Positions 47,052 to 57,694 of a DNA stretch of 64,000 nt are shown one piece after another; positions within the stretch are counted from its first letter, which is position 1, and the number at the start of each line of letters is the position of its first letter. The stretch spans positions 1-64,000 of the IMG/VR virus record IMGVR_UViG_3300027754_005427. One strand, 5' to 3'. The translations under genes were made by a program, and so were the position numbers. The notes under the pieces were generated by a model. The model made no database searches, had not been told where the DNA came from, and saw only the letters and a list, made by a program, of their open reading frames with translations. The DNA is from a virus.

Positions 47052-48131
47052 CTATCGTTTCCGAGTAATTAAATCTAAGTCAATTAACTTTTGATTTATC
47101 TTAACACCTCTACCTGTTCCTTCATGGCTTATGCAATCTTTATCGAAAATATGAAAGCTAAATATTCCATCATTGCCACGAATTCTACCATACCAATCCC
47201 TGCCAGAATCAAATTTATTAACATGATCATTTGTATTTTCGTGACATTTCATACAGCTTTTTGAATCTACATTAATAAATGCACCATCATAATTTTTAGG
47301 AACTATATGAAAATCTTCTTTTGTACTAGGAGCAGCAGAAGGATTTTTAGTAGTTCTCCAAAATTTATCTACGCAAGATTTAAAAGTTGTATTTTTAAGT
47401 AAGAAAACTACATTTTCATCGTTAATTTTAGGTAAGTAATCTATGTCTGCTATTGAAGAAAAGACTTTATTAGGTTGATCATCTTCTAATTTAAGAGTGA
47501 CTACAGAATCATTGTTTTTAAGGTGATCAATTAATTTTTTCAAATCTTCAAACTCAGAATAATTTGGCCAACGACTTTTAATAGTATCAATCAAGTCATC
47601 TACAGTTGGAAATGGTCTAAAAACATTTGGCCTCCATTTTCCATCTATCTTCCTTCTAGTTCTAATTTCAAATACAATTGGTTCATCATTAAGCTTAACA
47701 AATAAAACTTCACCAATTAAAGTATCTTCTGGAAATTCCCAATTATAACTTCCATCATTATTTCTTTCATATTCAATTTTTTTATTATTAGGTAAATTAA
47801 TAAATTTTAATTCTGAAAAGTTTTTTACCCTATGCATTCCAGCAGGTTTACCCCAAGGGAATTCAACATTGCCATTTCCAAAAGGTTCACTGTAATTAGC
47901 AGAAATATTGTAAGAAGGGCTATGAATGCCTCGCAAAGCTCCTTCAAAATCTTGATATGCCTTTGGCATAGTTTTATCGGAATAAAAATAAACAGAATCA
48001 GATCTGATTCTAGAATTTATAATTTGATCTTGAATCTTCGGAAGAATTGAAATAACTTCATTTTTTTGTTCCTCATCTAAAAATGTATCCATTCCAATTG
48101 TTAAACTTAAAAACATAAATATAGCTTGCAT
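47052..48131 (-). CDS. putative exported protein with single CxxCH heme-binding motif
   Basis: Hydrophobic N-term; SCMKCHE near C-term; AAGGAG SD. Confidence 0.6.
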   Translation of the reverse strand: MQAIFMFLSLTIGMDTFLDEEQKNEVISILPKIQDQIINSRIRSDSVYFYSDKTMPKAYQDFEGALRGIHSPSYNISANYSEPFGNGNVEFPWGKPAGMHRVKNFSELKFINLPNNKKIEYERNNDGSYNWEFPEDTLIGEVLFVKLNDEPIVFEIRTRRKIDGKWRPNVFRPFPTVDDLIDTIKSRWPNYSEFEDLKKLIDHLKNNDSVVTLKLEDDQPNKVFSSIADIDYLPKINDENVVFLLKNTTFKSCVDKFWRTTKNPSAAPSTKEDFHIVPKNYDGAFINVDSKSCMKCHENTNDHVNKFDSGRDWYGRIRGNDGIFSFHIFDKDCISHEGTGRGVKINQKLIDLDLITRKR

Positions 48132-48275
48132 AGCATAGTCTCCTTTACACTAAGATAATAAGTACTAAACTTTTTATATCATAAAAAATTTACTTAACAA
48201 TAGTAAAACATATTTTATTTGTTTTTTATTTTAAAAAATGATAAAATATAATTATAAATTTATTAAGAAGGAATT

Positions 48276-49157
48276 ATGTCAAAAATAAAATTAACTATTG
48301 GTTGGGCTTGTCATGATGATGCAGAAGGTAGCTTTTGGACTGCTAGTGCTTTGAGACTTTATCATTTAGGTAATTCAAGAATAAGAAGCGATATTCAAAT
48401 ACTAGTAATAGATGATTATCCAAAAAAAACAGAAGGCTTAAATAATTTAGTTAATATTGTTGGAGGCAAATATGTTCATCAGCCTAAAGGAAAAGGCCCA
48501 GCACATGCTAAAAATTCTGTTTTTGAACATGCAGATGGTGAATATGTTTTATTGTTAGATAGCCATGTTATTCTTCAAAATGGTGCTATAGATTATATCT
48601 CAAAGGGAATTAATAATAATACAATTAAAAAAGATATGTGGTGTGGCCCACTTTTAAATGAAAACAAAGATGTTATTGCAACTCATATGGAAGCAAAGTG
48701 GCGTGGAGATTTCTTTGGTGTTTGGAGAATTAGAAATCCTTTGCAAAAAGTTTTTGAAATTCCAATGCATGGCACTGCAATGTTTTTAATGAAAAAAGAA
48801 TATTGGCCAAAGTTTAGTAATAACTTTAGCGGATTTGCTGGTGAAGAAGGTTATATCCATGAAAAAGTAAGAAATAACGGTGGGAAAGTATATTGTCATT
48901 CAGCTTTAGGATGGATACACAGATTTTTAAGAAGCAAGCCTATTACTTACACATGTACTTTAGAAGATAAAATTTACAATTACTTAATTGCTTTTTATGA
49001 AACAGGTAAAAATCCACAAGCAGTAATTAATTTCTTTTCTAAAACACAACCAGAACCAGTAATAAATACGGCTAGGAACCAAGCCCTAGCCGTTTATTCA
49101 GATTTATTAAAAAAGTTTTCTAGTCTTACTGATGTCCCAGATATAGAACCAGATTAA
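48276..49157 (+). CDS. GT2-like glycosyltransferase
   Basis: ILVIDD, GPAHAKN, YVLLLDSH, GFAGEEGYIHEK. Confidence 0.75.
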   Translation: MSKIKLTIGWACHDDAEGSFWTASALRLYHLGNSRIRSDIQILVIDDYPKKTEGLNNLVNIVGGKYVHQPKGKGPAHAKNSVFEHADGEYVLLLDSHVILQNGAIDYISKGINNNTIKKDMWCGPLLNENKDVIATHMEAKWRGDFFGVWRIRNPLQKVFEIPMHGTAMFLMKKEYWPKFSNNFSGFAGEEGYIHEKVRNNGGKVYCHSALGWIHRFLRSKPITYTCTLEDKIYNYLIAFYETGKNPQAVINFFSKTQPEPVINTARNQALAVYSDLLKKFSSLTDVPDIEPD

Positions 49158-50533
49158 GCCTTCCTGATTCCAAAGGTAGTCTCATATCCAGCGGAAACAT
49201 ATATCCAGTTGGTGTCTGCCATAATTGTTTGAACTGGGGATGATCTATTGTCGGCATCATCTACTCCCAATCGACCACTGCCATTGTCGCCCCAAACCCA
49301 ACATGTTCCGTCATTCTTGATCGCAGCGGAATGCTCCTGTCCTCCGTCAACCTGCTTCCAATCAGTACCATATGTAACCGTTTGAATTGGTGAAGATTTA
49401 TCGTCTGTTGTTTCATCGCCCAATTGACCATTACCGTTACTTCCCCAAGTCCAGCATGTTCCGTCATTCTTGATCGCAATCATGTGATTGTCGCCACATG
49501 AAATTTGCTTCCAGTCAGTTCCTCCAGCTATGGTTTGAATTGGTGAAGATTTATCGTCTGTTGTTTCATCGCCCAATTGACCATAAGCGTTTTCGCCCCA
49601 AGTCCAACATGTTCCATTGTTCTTTATTGCTGCGGTAAATTTTTCTCCACAAGAAACGGATTTCCAGTCAGTTCCGCCACAAACTGTTTGAACTGGTGAT
49701 GATTTATTTATAATTGTGTTGTCGCCAATTTGACCCTTACCATTCCTACCCCACATCCAAAGAGTTCCATTGTTTTTTATTGCTGCCGTGTGATTACCAC
49801 CAGAAGCAATCTGCTTCCATTCAGTTCCACCGCATACTGTTTGAACTGGTGATGATTTATCATCAGTTGTTTCATCACCGATTTCTCCATATTCGTTATA
49901 ACCCCAAAGCCATAATGTTCCATCAGTCTTTATTGCAGCACAATGTTCGTAGTAGGTTCCAACCACCATTGTTTTCCAATCAGTTCCACCAGCAATTGTT
50001 TGTACTGGAGAAGATCTATAAACAGTTGTGTTATCTCCCAAACCACCATCGCTATTCTCACCCCAAGTCCAAAGTGTTCCATCATCTTTCAAACCAGCGA
50101 TGTTGTAGTAGCCACAATTGATTTCAACCCAATTGCTACCACCGCAAATAGTTTGAACTGGAGATGATCTGTTATCTGTTGTATTGTCGCCAAGTTCACC
50201 ATTATCATTTGATCCAACACCCCATACTGTTCCAACGATTGGTGTGACAGGAGTTACAGGAGGTGTTGGAGGCCCAAAATATATTATTTCTAAATTTATA
50301 TTTGGTTGCACTTGATTAGCAACATAAAGGTTATAAACATACATAGCCTCTTTGCCATATAATGTAAATTCATCTCCATCTTTTAAAGAATAATCAACAC
50401 CTTCAATATAAACAGTTTGATTTTTTAAATTATTCAAAATGTTATTGAAATTTTGATCAGGAACAAGCGTACTGTAAAGTTCCTCGTAATTAATTGTTTT
50501 TACTTTGAATGTGATTTTTGGTTGTAGTTGCAT
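49154..50533 (-). CDS. RCC1-repeat beta-propeller fused to small N-terminal domain
   Basis: ~7x AAIKxDGTxWxWGxNxxGQLGDxTTxxxSSPVQTxxGGTDWKQ; Pro/Thr linker. Confidence 0.9.
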   Translation of the reverse strand: MQLQPKITFKVKTINYEELYSTLVPDQNFNNILNNLKNQTVYIEGVDYSLKDGDEFTLYGKEAMYVYNLYVANQVQPNINLEIIYFGPPTPPVTPVTPIVGTVWGVGSNDNGELGDNTTDNRSSPVQTICGGSNWVEINCGYYNIAGLKDDGTLWTWGENSDGGLGDNTTVYRSSPVQTIAGGTDWKTMVVGTYYEHCAAIKTDGTLWLWGYNEYGEIGDETTDDKSSPVQTVCGGTEWKQIASGGNHTAAIKNNGTLWMWGRNGKGQIGDNTIINKSSPVQTVCGGTDWKSVSCGEKFTAAIKNNGTCWTWGENAYGQLGDETTDDKSSPIQTIAGGTDWKQISCGDNHMIAIKNDGTCWTWGSNGNGQLGDETTDDKSSPIQTVTYGTDWKQVDGGQEHSAAIKNDGTCWVWGDNGSGRLGVDDADNRSSPVQTIMADTNWIYVSAGYETTFGIRKA

Positions 50534-50602
50534 ATTTTTCCTTTAATAGAAATAGGTTATAATATTATTTATTAAAAATAGTCATTATTATTTATTAAAA
50601 TA

Positions 50603-51502
50603 ATGACTATAATAAATCAAATGGGTAAAATAGCTTTAAAAAGACCAGGTGCATTAGGTGATATTATAATGAGTTTTAACTTTATTGAAAAGTTAAAAGA
50701 AAATCATGAAGTTTATTATTTTTGTCACACTAGTAGTTTTAATGTTTTAAATAATTTTGTGACAAAAAATAAAATTGTTAATTTCCATGTTCTTGAAGAT
50801 TATAAAGAAGAAGAATATGATGAAACAATAAATTTAATTGGATATCCACTTCATGAAGGTTATCCACATGAAAAAATGAAAAAACATTTACTTCAATATT
50901 TATCAAATGAAATGGGAACTAATTTTTCATTTGATCAATTCGTATTAGATTTACCAAGTTTTCCTAAAAAGATTAAAAACAGAAATAGTCCTAGATATAT
51001 TACTTTTCAAACTAAGACTGGTTGGTCTACATACAAAGAATGGTGGGGATGGCAAGATTTAATTAACTTAATAAAATATAAAAGACCAGATATTGAAATT
51101 TATCAAATAGGTGGATCTAAAGATCCACAAATAGAAAATACAGATGGTAGTTTTTGCGGTGATTCATTTGAAGAAAATATTGCTGCTCAAGCATGGTCGA
51201 ATATTCATATCGGATTAGACTCTGTATTTAATCATACTACCAATATAAATTGGCGTAACAAAGGTAAAATAAAAAGCATTATACTTTTTGGATCTACACA
51301 AGCAGAAGCAAGCGGGTATCCACACAATGAAAATATATCACTGGGATTATCTTGCCAACCATGCTTCAAAGAAGATCCAAGAATAAGCAGAGTTCCATTG
51401 GGATTATGTGACAATCCTCCAAATCAAACTTATGAAAATCCACAACATGCTTGTATGAAAGGCATTAAACCAGAAATGGTTTTTGATAAAATTAAATTAT
51501 GA
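50603..51502 (+). CDS. GT9-like glycosyltransferase
   Basis: RPGALGDII, HIGLDS, LFGST, CQPC..CMKGIKPE. Confidence 0.75.
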   Translation: MTIINQMGKIALKRPGALGDIIMSFNFIEKLKENHEVYYFCHTSSFNVLNNFVTKNKIVNFHVLEDYKEEEYDETINLIGYPLHEGYPHEKMKKHLLQYLSNEMGTNFSFDQFVLDLPSFPKKIKNRNSPRYITFQTKTGWSTYKEWWGWQDLINLIKYKRPDIEIYQIGGSKDPQIENTDGSFCGDSFEENIAAQAWSNIHIGLDSVFNHTTNINWRNKGKIKSIILFGSTQAEASGYPHNENISLGLSCQPCFKEDPRISRVPLGLCDNPPNQTYENPQHACMKGIKPEMVFDKIKL

Positions 51503-53907
51503 AAGAAACATCTAAGTGTCAAGAAGGAAGAAAAAAAGCAGGTCATTTTGATCTATATTTAAAAGGAAAAGGAATTGACATTGGCTGTGGCGATGACAAG
51601 TTAATAGTAGAACAAGGTACTGTAGATTGTTGGGATTTAAACAATGGTGATGCAATGTTAATGGAAAGCATTGCAAATGATACTTATGATTTTGTTTATT
51701 CTTCACATTGCTTAGAACATTTAAAAAATGTTGAAATAAGTCTTTATAATTGGTTTAGAATACTTAAAAAAAATGGACATCTATACTTCATAGTTCCAGA
51801 ATATATTCTTTACGAAAAAATGACATTTCCATCTATATTCAATAAAGATCACAAACAAACATTTTCATATTACATCACAAAAGAACAAGTAAAAAGAAAA
51901 AATCATTATCATTATACAGATATAATTAAAATAATTGAAAATCTAAACATGGAAGTTGAAGTTTCAAAACTAGAAGATGATAACTACGATTACAGTAAAG
52001 GAACCGCTGGAGATCAAACTTTAGACGATGCATCGGCACAAATTTTATTTGTCGCAAGGAAAAAAGAAAAAACTCCAGTTAGTCAAATGAGAGCAGATGA
52101 TTGGGTTTTAACTCGTCATAAAAAAGGATATTTTGTTGATGCTGGCTGTTGTGACGGTGAAAATATAAGCAATACTTACAAGCTTGAAAAATTAGGTTGG
52201 AATGGAATATGCATAGATGTTTTTCCAAAGAATTTTGAAAGAAGACCCAATTCTAAAGTTGTTAATGCTGCACTTTATGGAATAAAAGATTTAGAGTTAG
52301 ATTTTACAATATCAAAATCTCCAGAAATAAGTGGCATCACTGATTATCTTGGAAAGCAAGGAACAGCAGCTTATACTGGGTGGAAGCCATATGTAGACAA
52401 AACCATTAAAGTAAAAACTCAATTATTACATGAAATATTAGATGCAAACAATGCACCTAACTTTATTGAATATTTAAGCATTGATATTGAAGGAGTAGAA
52501 TTAGAAGTATTACAAACTTTTCCTTTTGATAAATATAAATTTGGTTGTATTTCTTTAGAACATAATTATGATGAGCAAAAAAGAAATTTAATAAAAGAAC
52601 TTTTAGCAAGAAACAATTATAAATTTTTCAAACAAGAAAAAGCAGATGATTGGTTTTACTATGATGAAGATAAAAATACAACTATAGTTGAAGATAAAAA
52701 TCCTACTATAGTTGAAGATAAAAAACCAGCTATAGTTGAAGATAAAAAACCAGCTAATGATGCAAGAGAATTAACTTTTGAATTTGTAAAAAGTAAAAAA
52801 ATTGGTTTATGCATGATCGTCAAAAACGAAAGCAAAATAATTGAAAGATGCTTAAATAGTGTAAAGCCATTAATTGATTATGTTTGTATTACAGATACTG
52901 GATCAACAGACAATACAATTCAAATTATTAATGATTGGTGTAAAAATAATAATATTGCTGGTGAAGTTACATGTGATCCTTGGATTAATTTTGCACATAA
53001 TAGAAGTTTAGCATTAGAAAAAATTAGAAAAATACAAGATATTGATTATGCTTTAATGATTGATGCAGATGAAATTTTAATGTACGAAGAAAATGTAAAT
53101 TTTTCAAAAATAAAAGAAAGTTTAAACTGTGATCTTTATAATATAACTTGTAAACTTGGAAGTGTAGAATATGCAAGAACATCAATTACAAAAAATGATA
53201 TGCCTTATTTTTACAAAGGTGTTGTTCATGAATATTTAGAGTGCAAAGAACACATTAAAACTAGAGAAACAATAAAAGGAATTTATAACATTCCTTTTCA
53301 AGATTCTGCTAGAAATCAAAACATAGAAAAATATCAACATGATGCCAAAATTCTAGAAGATGCTCTTAAGACAGAAACAGATCCTTTTTTAATTTCAAGA
53401 TACACATTTTATCTTGCTCAATCTTATCGTGATTCACTTGAAAAAGAAAAAGCAATTTATTGGTATAATAAAAGATCTAAATTGAAATTTTGGGATCAAG
53501 AAATTTACATTTCATTATATAAAGTAGCAAAGTTAAAAGAAGAACTTGAATATCCAGAAGATGACATCATCCAAAGCTACATGATGGCACATGAAGTAAG
53601 CCCAGAAAGAATCGAAGCCATTCACGGAGCAGTTAGTTTTTGCAGAAGACATGGAAGAAACCATCAAGCGTACACACTGGCTAAACACGCCATATCAATG
53701 CCTGTCAACAAAACAGGTCTATTTTCAGAAAATTGGATATGGGATTACGGAATACATGATGAATTTACAATTTCATGTTATTGGTCTGGTCATTACAAAG
53801 AAGGTTTAGAAGTATCCGAAAAACTTCTAGATAAAATTCCAGAAGAACAAAAAGAAAGAATTTTAAAAAATACAGGATATCTAAAAGAAAAATTAAATTC
53901 TAAATAA
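51499..53907 (+). CDS. multidomain methyltransferase + FkbM methyltransferase + GT2 + TPR protein
   Basis: GIDIGCG..YSSHCLEH; FVDAG..SNT..YLSIDIEG.E; LCMIVKNE..DTGSTD..IDADE; RYTFYLAQSY TPR; VEDK linker repeats. Confidence 0.85.
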   Translation: MKETSKCQEGRKKAGHFDLYLKGKGIDIGCGDDKLIVEQGTVDCWDLNNGDAMLMESIANDTYDFVYSSHCLEHLKNVEISLYNWFRILKKNGHLYFIVPEYILYEKMTFPSIFNKDHKQTFSYYITKEQVKRKNHYHYTDIIKIIENLNMEVEVSKLEDDNYDYSKGTAGDQTLDDASAQILFVARKKEKTPVSQMRADDWVLTRHKKGYFVDAGCCDGENISNTYKLEKLGWNGICIDVFPKNFERRPNSKVVNAALYGIKDLELDFTISKSPEISGITDYLGKQGTAAYTGWKPYVDKTIKVKTQLLHEILDANNAPNFIEYLSIDIEGVELEVLQTFPFDKYKFGCISLEHNYDEQKRNLIKELLARNNYKFFKQEKADDWFYYDEDKNTTIVEDKNPTIVEDKKPAIVEDKKPANDARELTFEFVKSKKIGLCMIVKNESKIIERCLNSVKPLIDYVCITDTGSTDNTIQIINDWCKNNNIAGEVTCDPWINFAHNRSLALEKIRKIQDIDYALMIDADEILMYEENVNFSKIKESLNCDLYNITCKLGSVEYARTSITKNDMPYFYKGVVHEYLECKEHIKTRETIKGIYNIPFQDSARNQNIEKYQHDAKILEDALKTETDPFLISRYTFYLAQSYRDSLEKEKAIYWYNKRSKLKFWDQEIYISLYKVAKLKEELEYPEDDIIQSYMMAHEVSPERIEAIHGAVSFCRRHGRNHQAYTLAKHAISMPVNKTGLFSENWIWDYGIHDEFTISCYWSGHYKEGLEVSEKLLDKIPEEQKERILKNTGYLKEKLNSK

Positions 53908-53912
53908 TTAGA

Positions 53913-54632
53913 TTATCTATTATAATTTATAATGTAATCATTTTGATTTTTAAAATTAATATTTGCTGTGTTTATATTCTGGACATGGGTTTTCATTTTT
54001 GAATTTTGAAAACATATGACTTTAATCAATCCAAGTATAATTATTTCTTTAGAATAATCTGACATAAATGCATCAACTTGTTTTTCTATTTTATTATGTA
54101 GCCTCAAAAGAGTTTCAGCACCATGGTTACTAAGTAAATACGCATGTGTTAAAAAAAATCTATCCACTATAGCTAAATTATTATTTAAAATTTGATATGG
54201 AGTCGTACTAGCCCATCCTAAATTTATCATCCCCCATTTAATTTTTACTTCATTTACAACTTTGTTTATTTTTGAAAAAATATCTTCTGGTATTGTCGAA
54301 TCATCTTCTAAAATCAAACAATAATCGCCATCTTTATTTTTTAAGCACTCCTCCCAACACTTCATATGACTCAAATAACAACCAACTGCACCTTCTGTCA
54401 AAGACTCATGAAATTTTCTTTTTTTATTTTTAATCGCACTAATTAATTCTGTAGTGGCATCTATAGAAATTTTATTTTCACAAGCAAATTTATGCCACAA
54501 ATCTCCTCTGCTATCAACTGCTTCTATGAATTCCAATTTCCAATCATTATTCCATTGCTTAAGAAATTCATTTTTTCTCATGGAATCATCCTTGAGATTT
54601 ATGACAAACGCACCTTTATAATTATAAAACAC
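53913..54632 (-). CDS. GT25 glycosyltransferase (third paralog)
   Basis: FVINL, LTEGAVGCYLSH, ILEDDS, THAYLLS..GA; GTG start. Confidence 0.8.
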   Translation of the reverse strand: MFYNYKGAFVINLKDDSMRKNEFLKQWNNDWKLEFIEAVDSRGDLWHKFACENKISIDATTELISAIKNKKRKFHESLTEGAVGCYLSHMKCWEECLKNKDGDYCLILEDDSTIPEDIFSKINKVVNEVKIKWGMINLGWASTTPYQILNNNLAIVDRFFLTHAYLLSNHGAETLLRLHNKIEKQVDAFMSDYSKEIIILGLIKVICFQNSKMKTHVQNINTANINFKNQNDYIINYNR

Positions 54633-54683
54633 ATTAACCTTTCACTATGTAAAACTGGAATATCTTAAGTTAAAATTAATACA

Positions 54684-55076
54684 CTAAACAATAGCCAAGT
54701 TTGTATCAATTGCCATTAATTCTTCTAGCACTATAGCAGTTTGAATTGCTTTTCTTTTAGTTGCAAATGAACTTGCCAACATTGATCTTGCATTACCATA
54801 GTTCAACATCAATGATGTCATTTTTTCTAAAGAATTAAAAGTTATTATAGAATCATCAATTGCAATTATTTTTGGCAAAGGCAATCCTAAACTAGAAGCT
54901 TCTTTTGCCAATGCATAAGCTCCAGATAATAACGCAATATCATTTGCAGATATACCAATGCTAAAACCTTGGCCAGAATTCCATCCAGAATTTAATAGTT
55001 TTTTCCATTGATTGTTAAGTTCTATTAATTTTTTAATTCTAATAAAATATAATCGGAAGCTTTCTACAATACTCAT
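54684..55076 (-). CDS. DUF4376-like tail-assembly-type protein
   Basis: Start ATG 55076; I.D.....F...M..L...Y....KAI..A...EEL.AI pattern. Confidence 0.45.
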   Translation of the reverse strand: MSIVESFRLYFIRIKKLIELNNQWKKLLNSGWNSGQGFSIGISANDIALLSGAYALAKEASSLGLPLPKIIAIDDSIITFNSLEKMTSLMLNYGNARSMLASSFATKRKAIQTAIVLEELMAIDTNLAIV

Positions 55077-55086
55077 TTTTAAACCT

Positions 55087-55881
55087 TTAAACATTAATGT
55101 TAAATTTATCATAATAATTTGTTAAATATTCTCCCAAAATTTCCTTTGGGCTTGTACTTGTCTTTTCTAATTTACTTCTGATTGCATGAAGATTATCTAA
55201 TCCCCATGCTTTATCTTTAGTCTCTGCACAAACATTATCGATGTTATTAAAATTGTAATTTTTATATTCATCTAAACCAATAAAATCATATATCTTTTTC
55301 ATTGTTTCAACTGGGGCTTGAACTAAATCATCATAATTAACTAAATGCAAACATTCTAAATGATTTTTTATTCCATGCACAGTACTTTGATATGGATCAG
55401 AAATATATTCTTCCCATAATACTTTAGCTCTATTTTCTGTGCTAATGTGTAATCTTTTACTTCTCAATGTGTTGTCAACAAAATTATCTTCTTGCTTGTT
55501 ATTTATAATCAATTTTATATATGATGTTATAACTTCACTAATTGGTCTAACAGTGCAAATTATCTTAGGATTAGAACTTACAAACATTTTTGCTGGAATT
55601 ATATTTCTTGGCCAGCCTCTATGCTTATCAAATACTACATCTGTTTTAAATTGATTGTAATAGGAATCAATTATAGCCTTGTAAACACCATTAGACAAGC
55701 CTTCTGCATCAAAAGTGTAGTTGGAGTTTAATTTAGAAAAAGCCTCGTTATTTAAGCATAACAAGTCCAGCAAAGGACTTGTTGGTGTAACTTTTATTTT
55801 TGAATTTTGACCTAAAATAGAACCAAGCAGCGTTGATCCACTTCTTGGTAATCCACTAAGGAAAAATATAGATTTTTTCAT
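55087..55881 (-). CDS. sulfotransferase family protein
   Basis: SGLPRSGSTLL, DKHRGW, RPISEVITS, YDDLV..P. Confidence 0.85.
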   Translation of the reverse strand: MKKSIFFLSGLPRSGSTLLGSILGQNSKIKVTPTSPLLDLLCLNNEAFSKLNSNYTFDAEGLSNGVYKAIIDSYYNQFKTDVVFDKHRGWPRNIIPAKMFVSSNPKIICTVRPISEVITSYIKLIINNKQEDNFVDNTLRSKRLHISTENRAKVLWEEYISDPYQSTVHGIKNHLECLHLVNYDDLVQAPVETMKKIYDFIGLDEYKNYNFNNIDNVCAETKDKAWGLDNLHAIRSKLEKTSTSPKEILGEYLTNYYDKFNINV

Positions 55882-56330
55882 GTTTTCACCATGTAAACTG
55901 CATTTAAACCATAATAATCAATAGTTTTCTGATTTTGAAATCCAAACTTATTCCAAAAGTTTTCAGATTCAAGAACAGACATAAGAACTTTTGGATTTGA
56001 CTTTATTCTTAATACTTGATCGACCAAAGCAATTCCATATCCCTTACCTCGATGTGATTTTTCAACACAAAGATCATGAATGTAATGACAATCAGGACCT
56101 TCAACTTTTTTATAATTCTCATTTATTGGGTAATATTCCCACAAAGTGTAAGGAAAAGAAATAATATATCCTACTATTTCCTTATTAATCTCACAAACGA
56201 AACAACCTTCTGGGTATCCTAATATCTTGGAACGAAAAGATTCACTACCCTCATAGTAATTATCAGGATAACTACTTGTTCCAATGTGATCTATGAAATC
56301 AAAATCTTCTTTTTTTGCATATCTAATCAT
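55878..56330 (-). CDS. GNAT acetyltransferase
   Basis: MIRYAKKED, YIHDLCV..HRGKGYG, FWNKFGF. Confidence 0.8.
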   Translation of the reverse strand: MIRYAKKEDFDFIDHIGTSSYPDNYYEGSESFRSKILGYPEGCFVCEINKEIVGYIISFPYTLWEYYPINENYKKVEGPDCHYIHDLCVEKSHRGKGYGIALVDQVLRIKSNPKVLMSVLESENFWNKFGFQNQKTIDYYGLNAVYMVKT

Positions 56331-56390
56331 AGTTTTATTATAGCGTTTGATATATATATTGATATGCAAAATTAATAGGGAGTAATTGTC

Positions 56391-57350
56391 ATGAAATCAT
56401 TTATGGAATATGTACAACTGAAAAACGAAGGCTACTTTGATTTTTTCAAACCGAAAAAACCTGCTCCTGCTGGTGCTTCAACTGCTCCTACTGGTGCTTC
56501 AACTGCTCCTACTGGTGCTTCTGACAGAGAGAAAAAAAGAAAGCCTTTAGGTACTTATGATCCTTACACTGCCAAATATAGTCCTCTAACGAAAGATGGA
56601 CCAAGCTATGTAAATGATAAGCGTATGTCGCCTGATAAAGCAGCAGCAGCCGAAGATCAATATGATAAAAACAGTGCGACTGCATATCCTATAGAAAAAC
56701 AAGATCCTGGCATGAAAGCATTAATAGACCAGGGCAATGCTGTGGATAAATTTAAAAAATTAGAAGACGATATTAAATATGGAAGATTTTCGTACGATAC
56801 AAGCAATGTTCCAAAAATGATGCTTTTTATGTTGAATAATCATATGGATGGCAGCTATATGCCATTTTTCGGTTCTTTGGTAAAAAACAATGCGGTTAAA
56901 ATGATTCCATATGATCTCGCTTTGAGAACTATGGAATTAAACTTTGGAAATAACTCAAGTACGATGGCACTTAAATCTTTTCTCGCAAGACATCTTATGG
57001 AAAAAACTCCAAGTAAAATACAAGGTTTAGAATCATTGGAGTTAATCAGACAAAGTTTAGTATCAACTGATAAATGGGCAAAAAGAATTTTACATACACC
57101 TGATTTCTTACAACACATAAAAGAAGAAGATATAAAAGACATTTTGTTGAAATTCTTTGAAAGAAGACCAGACTTGGCGAAGAAATATTACGAAGAAAAT
57201 GGCGAAAGAATGCGACTTAATCAAAAGTACAAACAAGCAAATGACTCAAGATATCAGAAACCAAATGATATGGAAAATTTAATCTATTCCATGTTTGGCG
57301 GAAAAAACGAATCATTCAAGACACATAAAAAATCACTATTCGAATGGTAA
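56391..57350 (+). CDS. hypothetical protein with leader-like MKSFMEYVQLKNE
   Basis: GGGAG SD; short APTGAST repeats. Confidence 0.7.
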   Translation: MKSFMEYVQLKNEGYFDFFKPKKPAPAGASTAPTGASTAPTGASDREKKRKPLGTYDPYTAKYSPLTKDGPSYVNDKRMSPDKAAAAEDQYDKNSATAYPIEKQDPGMKALIDQGNAVDKFKKLEDDIKYGRFSYDTSNVPKMMLFMLNNHMDGSYMPFFGSLVKNNAVKMIPYDLALRTMELNFGNNSSTMALKSFLARHLMEKTPSKIQGLESLELIRQSLVSTDKWAKRILHTPDFLQHIKEEDIKDILLKFFERRPDLAKKYYEENGERMRLNQKYKQANDSRYQKPNDMENLIYSMFGGKNESFKTHKKSLFEW

Positions 57351-57353
57351 ACT

Positions 57354-57677
57354 ATGAACTTTAAAGAATGGCTACAAAATCGTGATCCCGAAATGTTGAA
57401 TGAAGGCAAAAAACCATTCAAAAATTTCAACAAAGAAAAAAACCATCCAGAAGGTGGACTTAAACCATCATATGCCAAAAAATTAGGTATTCACGCAGGT
57501 ATTGAAACTAAGCGTGAAGCCGAAAGAAAAGGCGGTGTTGATAAAATGTCTAAAAAAACAAAAGCTAGAAGAAAATCATTTTGTGCAAGAATGTGTAAAG
57601 CAGGAACAGAAAAAAGTAGAAATGATCCTGAAAGCAAACAAAGAGCAGCTTTGAGAGTTTGGAAGTGCAGATGCTAG
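57354..57677 (+). CDS. leader-bearing basic protein, DUF6321-like (T4-like phage family)
   Basis: MNFKEWLQNRDPEMLNE; ARRKSFCARM..DPES..ALRVWKC. Confidence 0.7.
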   Translation: MNFKEWLQNRDPEMLNEGKKPFKNFNKEKNHPEGGLKPSYAKKLGIHAGIETKREAERKGGVDKMSKKTKARRKSFCARMCKAGTEKSRNDPESKQRAALRVWKCRC

Positions 57678-57694
57678 TTTTTAAGGATAATTAA

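Noticed and set aside
49154-50240. Near-identical RCC1 repeats as DGR template/variable repeats
   Set aside because: No reverse transcriptase in the window; repeats are in-frame propeller blades and I saw no adenine-specific pattern
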